Below are positions 1 to 10,277 of a stretch of DNA of 64,000 nt, piece by piece. Source of the DNA: the human T2T-CHM13v2.0 reference genome, Homo sapiens; NCBI RefSeq assembly GCF_009914755.1, contig NC_060932.1; one strand, given 5' to 3'. How positions within the stretch are numbered: the first letter of the stretch is position 1; each line of letters starts with the position of its first letter. The notes under the pieces are model-generated. The model did not search any database. It worked only from the letters and a program-made list of their open reading frames with translations, and was not told where the DNA came from. The translations under genes and the position numbers were made by a program.

Positions 1-730
1 GAAAGCATGTTGTCTAATTTGTAAAATAACATGTTTACTGGAGGAAATTTGGATAGCACAAAAAAGTTTAAAGAAATCAAAAGTCATATGTTTCCCAAAA
101 TGCAGTGATAACCACCATGAAAATTTTGATAATATAATATTCTGCTCTAGTTCTCAGGACTACATACACCTTTTGTTTTAATTGCAATTATACTCTATTT
201 ACTTTTAAGTCTTTACTTGCTTAATATATATTATTAGCATTTTCCCATATTCTTATGTATTATTCAATGTAATTTTAATAGTTTTCTTGATTTCCATTTT
301 ATGGAGGAACCATAATATATTTAATTAATGCCTCCATGCAATGTTTGCTGTAATGAATAATGCTGAAAGGAATATTCTTAATTAGAACTATTTTGCACAT
401 CTCTAACTATTTCCTTAGGATAAATTCCTAGAAGAGGAATTGCTGACTGGTTCAAAGAGTATATTTTTTTGAGACACATCTCCTATGTTTCCAAATTATC
501 TCATTTCACATATCCACCAGCTAAGTCTAAAAATGTCCATTTCCCAGCAACACTGGATATTACATTATCATTTTTAATTTCTGCTAATCTGTTAAATGGA
601 TAACGATAACTTGTTTTAATTTCACATTTTTGTTATTAGTGAGGAGAGACACTTTTCTTTTACATATTTTTCTTACTTCTTTTGTTATGTGAACTGTCTA
701 TTCCCATTCTTTGCTCACTTCTCTATCAGG
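1..730 (-). mobile_element. Ancient L1 (L1ME-like) 3' fragment
   Basis: AT-rich; antisense L1M motifs such as TTTCCTTAGGATAAATTCCTAGAAGAGGAATTGCTG and GTGAACTGTCTATTCCCATTCTTTGCTCACTT. Confidence 0.65.
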
Positions 731-1054
731 GAAAGGCTGATTTTTAAAAACACTTTTTGAAAAAGAGAATGAATCCACAAACCCCTTGAAAGATCCCATT
801 CCCCACGTCTCACGAACACCTCCACTGAAGCATTAATTTAAATGTCCAGTGTGGATCCTTCTCCTATAGTTTAAACCCATTTCCTCCCATCCCATCTTCA
901 GAGGGAACACTGCTCTCTCTTTCACCTAACACTATGACCTTTCTTTGTCACCTGTCAGCTTCTCCTCCCGGGGATGAATAATTCCTCTTCATTTTTCCCT
1001 GATCTAGTGTAACTTATGAAGTCAAAGTATCGGCTTCTGATGCTGCCCTCCTCC

Positions 1055-1250
1055 CCCTCCCCATTGCCACTGTCTTCCTGCGGGCCCTCGCCATTTCTCA
1101 CCTGGACAGCAGCAAATTACTTCTGAACTGGCCTCTCCCCTTTGCGCCCCTCTCAAACCTCACCTCCACTCTTCATTTCACAACTGCTGGACCATTTTTC
1201 CTAGATGCAAATGTGAGCATGTCATTTCCTGCCTGACAGTTTTCTGCTCC
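1055..1250 (+). mobile_element. L2 LINE fragment
   Basis: CCATTTCTCACCTGGAC...CTGAACTGGCCTCTC...GCAAATGTGAGCATGTCATTTCCTGC resembles the L2 3' region. Confidence 0.55.
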
Positions 1251-1614
1251 TTCATGTGGCAGTGGCCCCTCCCTCCCTACCTGGTGGGCACCCACAACCC
1301 TACCTCCCCTTGCCCCCAAAACATGCCTCGTATGGGCAGATTCAGCAACATCCACATCTCACTGACACATTGTGCCAATCATGCGCTGGATGGAGTTTTG
1401 CTACCGTGGCTCCCTCTTTCTTACCCTCCTCCCATCCACCTGATGGTACCTATTCAAGCCTCAGGTCCCATTCAGGTGTTCCTCACTCCCAGCGGCTCCT
1501 CTGCCCACCCCAAATAAGGAGAATCATGGTGTACCCTACACCCAGATGCACTCTATCCACCTAATACACCTGACTATATTCCAGTAATGTCTGCGGCATC
1601 AAAATCGAGGGCGG

Positions 1615-1749
1615 GGGCTGGATGCGGCAGTGTGTGCTTGTAATCCCAGAGCTTTGGGAGCTAAGGTGGGAGGATTGCTTGAGGCCAGGAGTTCGAGGCT
1701 ACAGTAAACCATAATTGCACCATTGCACTCCAGCCTGGGCAACAGAGTG
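1615..1749 (+). mobile_element. Free Alu monomer (FRAM-like)
   Basis: Single arm GGCTGGATGCGG...GGAGTTCGAGGCTACAGT...CACTCCAGCCTGGGCAACAGAGTG with no second monomer. Confidence 0.8.
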
Positions 1750-1750
1750 G

Positions 1751-1900
1751 GGAGAGGAGAGGAGAGGAGAGGAGAGGAGAGGAGAGGAGAGGAGAAGACT
1801 TGAGAGGAGAGCAAGGGGGAAGGGGGAGGGGGGAGGGGGAAGGGGGAAGGGGGGAGGGGGAAGGGGGGAGGGGGAAGGGGGAGGGGGGAGGGGGAAGGGG
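1751..1900 (+). repeat. (GGAGA)9 followed by G4-6A1-2 purine repeat
   Basis: GGAGA x9 at 1751-1795; repeated GGGGG(G)A(A) units at 1815-1900. Confidence 0.95.
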
Positions 1901-3254
1901 AAATTGAAGACAGTGTGGTGATCTCAGTGAACATCATTGTGAGTGGTAAGGACACATGGTGGTCACCACGTTGGCCACCCTGCCTGGTGTATCCCTTGGG
2001 TTCTCTCCATGGGCCATGTGGGCTGCTCTGCCCTCTGCAGATGGGCACTGTGGTCCCTGGGTTTCCTCCCTTTCTGGGCTGACGCACCGCTCTTCCCGCA
2101 TCTGCACCTTCCCAAGCTTGAGCCTGTCTCACACCTTGGGCTCCCTGCCTGGCCCACCAGCCCCTGGCGTTCCCTGGGCCCTCTGCCCCTGAGGCTTCTC
2201 CACGCCTTGTCTCAGCCAATCCCTGGAAGGGCACCCTGCCCTGCTGCCTGAGGGGCTGATGGTCTCGCTGGGCCAGTTCCTGCAGGAGAAAAAACCCCTC
2301 TTCCTTCTGGTAGAACCCCTAGTGCCTACCTCCGTGCTGGGCACAAAGGCCCAGGATGCCTTTGTTAGCACAGGGACACCCTGGCCAGCCAGGGGCATGG
2401 AAGGGTCGCGCCTCCCCACACTCACTGCCGACCCTGCGCTGTCCTCTTGATGCCTAGCTCATCACTAACTGGGGTGCTTTCTTCTTTCTTCTCAGGGCTA
2501 CACACAGAATGGTTTTATTTTGTGGTGCTCAGTTCACCAATTTATCTTGCTTCCTACTTGGCTCAAACCAACACAAAGCAAAACCCTCCACAGCTGGTCA
2601 CGGCCTCATTCTCAAAACTGTGAGACTTCCCAACTTCACTGACAGCCTGCCTTTGGGTCCGGAGCTAGGCCACCACGTGTGTGGCGGTGTGCACTCTCCA
2701 CTGGGCCACCACTCCACCCTCCCTGAACGCCCTCACATGGTATGTTTCATCCCGTTCCGTAAGGTAACAGGTGATGTGTCTTACCCAGAGTGATCCCATG
2801 CTATGGGCCCATCTTATTTCATTTATCCAGGGAGAAGTTTGCAGAGATATCTAAAGTCTTTCTTCCCTTCATAAGATTCAGATTAAGTATCTCATTGCTC
2901 CCATGTCTCTCTTCTCATCCTCTTCTGGTCTACCCATCCCCTCCTCTCAGCTCTGGTTTCTAGAACACATTCCCGCCACCCTGGCCTCACAGCCACACTC
3001 AGGAGCCCCCCCCAGGGATGGGTCAGCAGCCCCTCCCAGCCACTCAGCCAGAACTAAAGAGTCATCGGCATAAACAGGGAAGCTGGAGTGGAGTGCATGG
3101 TGTTAGTAACAGGCACTCAATAAATATTGCTTAACCACAGGTGTTCCTGTCTTTGCCATTTGATTACAGAGAAATTAGGAGCCTAGAGAAAGCAAATGGT
3201 CTATTCAATTTGGAAACAAGAAGAAAATGAACTACAAAGCAAATAACACTGACT

Positions 3255-3375
3255 TGGGACATGGAGGACCTGGATTCTGGTCCTCCCTCTGCTATCAGCT
3301 CGCTGTGTGACAACGCCAAGGCCTGTTACCTCTCTGGGCATCATCTGCCACATCTGGAAGTGAAAGATTAGACTT
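3255..3375 (+). mobile_element. MIR fragment
   Basis: GACCTGGATTCTGGTCCTCCCTCTGCTATCAGCTCGCTGTGTGAC...TTACCTCTCTGGGCATCA core-SINE pattern. Confidence 0.6.
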
Positions 3376-3619
3376 GATGAATGATTCCCATGCAATAGAC
3401 AGAATCTGCCAGTCCAGGTGGCAGCTGGTGCAGGGCAGGGGAAGGGTCTCTAGGCTCAGGGAAATAGGTAAGGGTTCTCATCAGCAGAGGGCACAGATGC
3501 CTGCACTCCATGGCCCTTGCCTTTCCCTCCTCACAGATCTGTGGCTCCTGCCTCAGCTAAAAGCCCCTGCTTATCCGTTTCCTAAAGATCATCACAGAGG
3601 CTCAACAACCTTCCCTTTT

Positions 3620-3800
3620 TAACATCTCTTGCTGATGGAAAATTCTTCCTCATACCTAATCTAAGTCCATCTGCTGCAATTTCTGTCTATTTTCTCTAGT
3701 TCAATCCTTGCTGGAGATGGAGAACAGCTGGTCGCCATCCTCCATATAACATCCCCTCCTAAACCAAAATCAGTTATTACATCAGCCCTCATCCTGTGCT
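3620..3800 (-). mobile_element. CR1/L3 LINE fragment
   Basis: GAAAATTCTTCCTCATACCTAATCTAAGTCCATCTGCTGCAATTT resembles the antisense CR1 ORF2 3' end. Confidence 0.55.
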
Positions 3801-4282
3801 TCTTCTGTTACAACATCTTCCGAGCTGCCCTCATGGATTCCAGCTCTGAAAGCATCGCTGATCACCATGGCCCGCACGAGAGGATGCTCTGCAGGCTCCG
3901 AGAGCTTCCAGAGCTGTAGCATCTGCAGTGGGATGTAGGGCTCTGTGGCAAAATCAAGAGAGAAGGTTGGAGCGGAAAGGAGCCTGTGAGAACGTAGTCC
4001 TGACCTCTGGCTCTATATCTAAGGGGACTAAAAGTCAGAAAAGGCACATAAGCACATGCCCAAGTTCAAATCTGAGGGATCTAGCTCAAGTGCCAGAGCC
4101 CAGATAGTAAGATCACAAAGCCCTGGGACACTGCAGCATGTTTTCAGCATGGGTCAGAGCAGGACCAGCCAGAGCTAAAAAGCGAAGGCCGCCGTTTCCC
4201 ACTCTGCTCCCCATCCAAACTCAGTCTGCCTCTGCCCAATCCCACTAGCAGGTGCCTGGAATTTGACTGTGCACATCTTTTG

Positions 4283-4537
4283 TTTTCTTTCCAACTTTTT
4301 AATTTTACGTCCGGGGGTACATGTGCAGGTTTGTTATAATGGATAAATTACACGTGGCAGGGGTTTGGTGTACAGATAGATTATTTCATCACCCAGGTAG
4401 TAAGCATAGTACCTGATAGGCAGGTTTTTGATTCTTACCCTCGTCCCACCCTCCACCCTCAGGCAGGCCCCTATTGTTCCCCTCTTCATGTCCATGTGTA
4501 CTCAATGCTTAGCTCCCACTTATAAGTGAGAACATAC
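4283..4537 (-). mobile_element. L1 3' UTR fragment (old L1PA, e.g. L1PA16-like)
   Basis: GGGGTACATGTGCAGGTTTGTTA...TTAGCTCCCACTTATAAGTGAGAACAT is an antisense L1 3' end. Confidence 0.85.
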
Positions 4538-7500
4538 ACACATCTTTGATTTCCTTTAAGAATGTAAATACCTCTGTAAGTAGCAACACTATTAACTGTT
4601 CACACCTTAGTATGAATGAGTAGATTTGATCCTTTCCAACTATTAACAGATTTAGGGGTGAGAACAAAGAGCAAAGAAACTGAGAGCACAGCAGGCAAAT
4701 TTCCCTGCATGCTAATGTTTCCAAGGTCAGCTCTGCGCATGGGGCTGCAGCAGGCGCAGGCCTCAGGACAGTGGCACAGTGAGGGCTTGCGGCTGGTGGG
4801 ACTCTCCAGGTGTCAGACAGGACTGTGCTTCGAAGCATCTGCCCTGTCTGCCTCATGCAGGTCAGCTGCACCACTCCAGGTGCTCTGGTGAGGTCTGCAT
4901 AGAACTGAACTTGGGGACAGGATTACCTCATTGCTCCCCTAGGGTAGGCTCCTATCACATTCCACAATTCCTGATGTCCCCTGGTTAACTGTTTCAGGAG
5001 TGAGGTGCACAAAACATCTACAATTAGATCTCCACCCTGGGGCCCCCTGAAATGACAGGAAGGAAGAAACAAAAAGTAACCAGGAAAGAGAGGTAACCCT
5101 ACATGTAGGGTGAATGGAGGAAGGGAGGAAGGGGCACGAGCATGGGAAGGAGAGTGAGTAGGATGAATGATTTAGTCATAATTTGGGCTATGAAATTTTC
5201 CTAAATGAAAGATGAAGAGGGAAAATAGCAGAGTGTGGTGAATACATTTCAGGGTCTAGGTTTCAAAACAGCCTTCACCCCACCTTGAATACATGGAAAT
5301 AGCGTGCTCCAACCTCTTCAACTTTCTGAGGTGTTCCAGAGTGTTTCAGATCTCCAGACACACCTTCCCCTAGGACAGGAAGGGAATTCACACATCCACA
5401 GAAAAAAAAAACAAGACATTGTAAAAGCGTTTACCAAAACAGCGAACACAATAGGCGTGCTTATTAGATTTCCCCAAAAGCACAAAATTAAATTTTAAAG
5501 CAGAAGGCAAAAAGGCTCTTCTCTGATAAAAATTTTAATATGTTTTCAGTCTTATTTCAGGGGACAATTTTCTTTAACAGAAAAATCAGCACAAAATGAC
5601 AAGATCAAAGTAGGTTGGCAAAAGATTACTTACTGATATGTTTATGATGAAAAGGGATAACAGAAGGATGACAGGGATGGAGGGACAGAGGGGTAAGGAG
5701 AGGACTTTTATTTGCCAGGTAACTCACGCAGGGCTTGGAAAAGCAGAAAGACACAACCCCTTCCCACCATAGTGGTTAAAAGAGAGAGAGATCCAGTTTG
5801 GCCAATTGGGAAGAGGAGAAAACGCTGGGTCTGTGGATAGTGCTTATCCAGGGTCCTGGCCAAAGCCATCATGTTTGATGAAATGACAAGTAACACATTT
5901 AATTTCCTAGGCATTCATCGGTCCTTGCATACACAAACAGGCACGCAGCTTCACAAGGAGTTAATTAGCCTAACACCAGCAATTAGATTCTCCAAACTGG
6001 ATCGCAGCAGAGGCGCTGGGTCCTGGGTTTCACACCTCACCCCATCCAAGGTGAAGCTGTAATGAGGGTGTTTTGCACTTTGTCAATTATTTTTCAGCTC
6101 CTAGGATCCTTTTTTGGTCTAAAGTTGTTATTTTAATGATCTCTGTTCCGAATGGGGAAATACAAGAAAGAGGATTGAGGAGGAGGCAGAGGGAAGGAAA
6201 GCGAGCGCTCCAGCGTGTCCCACTTGTACTTTCCAAGGCCCCCTCCGCCCCCTCCCCCCACACTGCCTCTTCCCTCTGTGCATGACTCACCCTTCAGGAG
6301 CTGTTTCAAATGCCTTACTTTTAATGTTTCCTATCACGATAGAAATCCAACAGATTGGCATCAATTAAAGGGAACCCCCAGTTTTGCAATCCTCAAACTC
6401 AAAAGCATTTTCTGGTTTCCTTACTGCCTTCATGAAAACCAAGGTGCTCTCATGCAAGATCCCCCACGTGCTGGGGGCTGCCCCTCCTGGGCTCCCTGGG
6501 GGTCACGTGCCCTGGAGAGGCCACAGAGGACGACGTCCATGACTAACCATGCCCACCGGCTGGGAAAAGTTCAGCTTCCGCTCCAGGCCCCCCAAACACA
6601 AAAAGATTATAATTGGCAGGGCTGCAAAATTGTTTTGTTTACTGTCAGATAGGAAGTACAGAAGAGAACGCTGATGGTATTTTGACACCCCCCCCAAAAA
6701 AAAAGTGGGCAGGCATTTTTTTAACCATTGTGAATAGAGTTTCAATAATCACAGTTCCCACCCAAAATAGCTGCCTACAGGAGGTGGAGGAGAATCTGTT
6801 GTGGTGGTTAAAGAAAATAAGAATTAAAAAGTGGAAGGGATTTGTGGAGCTGGAGAATCAAGACTGTCATCTGCATCTCCGTGGAAGGGTGCCCTGAGGA
6901 AGAGGTGTCACTGGAGAATCCCTCCCAGAACATGCAGTCTTGTCAGGACTGGGAATCGAACTCCCCAGCTGCGGGTTTAACGGAAATCAGAGGGATGAAA
7001 ATCATCTAAACTCTTCAATGCCCCTAGGACTTGGAAGATCACCCCCAGACTATCAGCTTCAGAGTATCCCGCAGGTAGGCAGCGCAACTGGTGAAGTGCG
7101 GTGGGCACACAAGCAGAAGCTGCCTTCGCAGAAGAGGAAGAAAGTTCGAGACCAAGCACATCGCCTGCTTCCCCATGGGTCCCTGCTTCCTAGTGACTCA
7201 CCTACCTAATATCTCCCTTTAGCAGAAGCCAAAGGCGGAGGAGGCAGGGGGAGAAAGGAGTTTCCCAAGGGTCTCAGAGCAAGAGAGGCCCCTGAGGTCT
7301 CGCGATTTAGAATGCTCAAGGGTGCTTCTGGGCTGAACCAGCTGCCTGCCGGGGTGAGCTGTTTTACTTCAAGAGCAGTTAGCAGAAGCAGTGTGGATGG
7401 TGACTTCAGCACCACCTCTGCCACAAATGCACCTGTGCACCAAAACAACCTGCGCACCTACACGGAGCCACCCCCTCCACCAGCCTCCACCTCCCAGAGC

Positions 7501-8307
7501 TGCGGGGATGCTCCGGGCCAGGCACCCCTTCTGGGGACAAGGGTGTAAGCTTCACATGGTACCAAACCGAACTCTCTATCCCGTTTTTTGGCTTTTTCTT
7601 TTTTTTTTTTTTTCAGGATACCCCAAGCCTGGAAAGTCTTCCAGAGTTTTCGGGAGCTAATTAATTATGTGATTTCCTCTCCTCTGAGAACTGTTTTGCT
7701 GGCGTGTCACCAAGTTGTCACGTAGGTGCCCATCAGGTCAAACAGAATAGACCATCCTCACCCACCCACCCCGGGGAATGTCTCCTTCCACCAAATAAAA
7801 TGAACTGAGACAGGCAGGAAGGAGGCAGAAGTTTGAGGAAGGACTCCAGTTGAAGGTCACAATAGTTTGGGGAAGGCAGATCAAGGTAATACGAAGGGGA
7901 CAGACCCTATAGCGGAAAACACAAACAACCAATCACGTTTCTCTCGGAACCAGCCTATCCATGATGGGTGCACCAGGAAACAGCACACCCTGGGATCCAA
8001 CTTCTTTCACCCAGCACACCCGAATCTCCACCCCAGCCCTGCAGACACCCTAGCCTGAGACCAGACCTATTTAGACAGACCTGAGCGCAGCTAATTAGGA
8101 GTAGTAAACAAGCCCATTTCTTGCCAGCGCAGAAGTTTCCCAAATTGTCCGCTTGTTTTCCTCCCAACAAAAGACAGTGATTTCCCACCTTTATCACATT
8201 CCCTCCCAGAAACTTTTCTTTCTGCAATCCCTCCACCTAGGCTAAACTGCAAAGCCACTGGCAATGGAGACGCAGGCGCTGCACCCCCGGGACGCAGGCA
8301 GAGGTAC

Positions 8308-8451
8308 CTTTTCCGCGAGGCAGAGGGGCCGCCGGTGCCCAGAGGCCAGCTGCCCTGCCGAGCAGTAGAGCGAAGCTGTGGGCTGGAGCACGCTGAGGAT
8401 TACACGTTCCTGTCTCTGCGACCAGACCTTTCGGCAGCTCGGACCAACTGT
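8308..8451 (-). other. ZMAT4: Non-coding first exon (5' UTR) of a minus-strand gene, recognised as ZMAT4 exon 1
   Basis: CpG-rich unique sequence with no ATG on the minus strand. Ends ...GCGGAAAAG|GTACCT (GT = complement of 8307-8306) and lies directly downstream of GC-box/CCAAT motifs. Gene identity is from my recollection of the ZMAT4 mRNA 5' end (continuing into CCTG-ATG of MKSSDIDQD... in exon 2), not from a search. TSS position approximate. Confidence 0.75.
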
Positions 8452-8660
8452 GCTAGCGATGCACTTAGCAATTATCTGCTGGCTCCGACGCCCCGCCCTC
8501 TGCTCTTGCGATTGGCTCTCCAGTCCCGGGCAGGACTGCATTGGTTTCAGCCGACCTCACTCATTGCTTTGGCTCCTACTATTATCTAAGCCATCAAAGG
8601 AAATAATTCCATGTTTCATTGACAACCTGTAAGGCTCTCCTCCAGCCCAATGTGGGGGCA
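8452..8660 (-). promoter_or_regulatory. ZMAT4: Core/proximal promoter: GC box and tandem CCAAT boxes
   Basis: CGCCCCGCCC at 8489-8498 (GGGCGGGGCG on minus, Sp/KLF). ATTGG at 8511-8515 and 8540-8544 (CCAAT on minus, 29 bp apart, NF-Y-like). AT-rich GATAATTG about 20-25 bp upstream of the putative TSS. Further CCAAT on plus at 8647-8651. Confidence 0.8.
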
Positions 8661-9415
8661 GGACCGGGAGGCCAGTGGAGAGAGGGGAGAGGAGTAGGAA
8701 AATGTGGGGGAGCGGGGTGGGGGAAGGAGGTGGAGGGGAGAGGAAAAGAAGGAGAAACTGTGGGGGGGTAGGAGGGTAGGAGGGAGAGAGAGAGAGAGAT
8801 GGAGCTATCAAGCAATCAGATTCTTGCTCTAGCATTTTAACTTCCACAAAACAGAGCCCATAGCAACAATTTTCTGGCTTTATTTTCCCCCTAACTGGTA
8901 AATGTTGCTGAGGGCAGAGAGAATAATAACTATGGGGTGTCTGCCGGCATGAGACAGACTCTAGAAAGCCGAGCAAGGTTGAGGGCTGAAGGGATGGAGT
9001 AATGCTTTTCACAGGGCCACCCTGGAGGACATGTGAAGGACATGGCAGATTGCTTGGGGAGCATAGTAGGTGCATACCTGGAGTTTATCTATCAGTACTT
9101 TATCTCACAGTCCCCCTCATCCCCCAACCTGAGGAGACAATTTTCCTTTGCACCCTGTCCAAAGAGTCTCAGAAGAGCTATTCTTAAAATCCATAAAACT
9201 CTGGAGTTTCTCACTGTTCTCACTGGGAGGTCCAGAAAGCCGAGCATTCTAGAGTGAATGATTCTGCTGGGACCCTCACTTTGGTTTATTCTGACATGGC
9301 TTAAATTAATCGCTTAGACTTTCATCAACAACCTACGCACGTGAAGAGAGAACATACCCATCAAAGGGTGGGGACAGCTTAAACACTTTTCCTTGTTCAC
9401 CAAGAAATCATAAAG

Positions 9416-10277
9416 TCTCACCCTAGTTAAAATGGCTTTTATCCAAAAGACAGGCAATAACAAATGCTGGCAAGGATGTGAAGAAAAGAGAATGAACCCT
9501 CCTACATTGCTGGTGAGAATGTGAATTAATGCAGCCACTATGGAGAACAGTATTGGGGTTTGTCAGAAAACTAAATATAGAGCTACCATCTGATCCAGCA
9601 ATCCCACTGCTAGGTATATACCCCCAAAAAAGAAATCAGTATCTTGAAGAGATTCCTGCACTGCCATGTTTATTGCAGCTCTGTTCACAATAGACAAGAT
9701 CTGGAAGCAATGTAAGTGTCCATCAACAGATAAATTAGATGAAGAAAATGTGGTACATATGCGTAGTGGAGTACTATTCAGCCATAAAAAGGAATGAGAT
9801 CCTGTCATTTACAACACCATGGATGGAACTGGAGGACATTCTGTTAAATGAAATAAAACAGGCATGGAAAGACAAACTTCACATGTTTTCATTCATTTGT
9901 GAGAGCTAAAAATTAAAACAATTGAACTCATGGACAGAGAGAATAGAATGATGGTTACCAGAGGCTAGGAAGGGGCGGGGGTGGAATGGTTACTAGGTAC
10001 AAAAATAGAGTTAGATAGAATGAATAGGATCTGGTATTTGACAGCACAACAGGGTTATTACAGTCAGCAAAACATATTGTACATTTTAAAATAACTGAAA
10101 GAGTACAATTGGATTGTTTGTAACAAAAGGAAATGCTAAATGCTTGAGGTGCCAGATACCCCATTTACCCTAATGTGATTATTACACATTGCATGCCTGT
10201 ATCAAAATATCTCGTGTACCCCATAAATATATACACCCACTATGTTCCCATAAAATTAAAAATTTTTAAAAATTAAG
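9416..10277 (+). mobile_element. 5'-truncated L1MA (L1MA3-like) with 14-bp TSD
   Basis: ORF2 end plus 3' UTR ending ...GTACCCCATAAATATATACACCCACTATGTTCCCATAAAATTAAA. AAGAAATCATAAAG at 9402-9415 and 10278-10291. Confidence 0.9.

Larger units (their letters stand above)
1..8307 (-). other. ZMAT4: 5' part of intron 1 of the minus-strand gene (runs off the window start)
   Basis: Begins at the GT donor at 8307; no credible coding exon; contains old repeats and CpG-bearing unique sequence at ~6.2-8.3 kb. Confidence 0.7.

Noticed and set aside
1599-2234. 211-aa minus ORF with poly-Pro
   Set aside because: Translation of the G-rich repeat and antisense FRAM.
8242-8541. 99-aa minus ORF spanning promoter and exon 1
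   Set aside because: Its ATG lies upstream of the inferred TSS and it reads through the splice donor; no recognisable protein.
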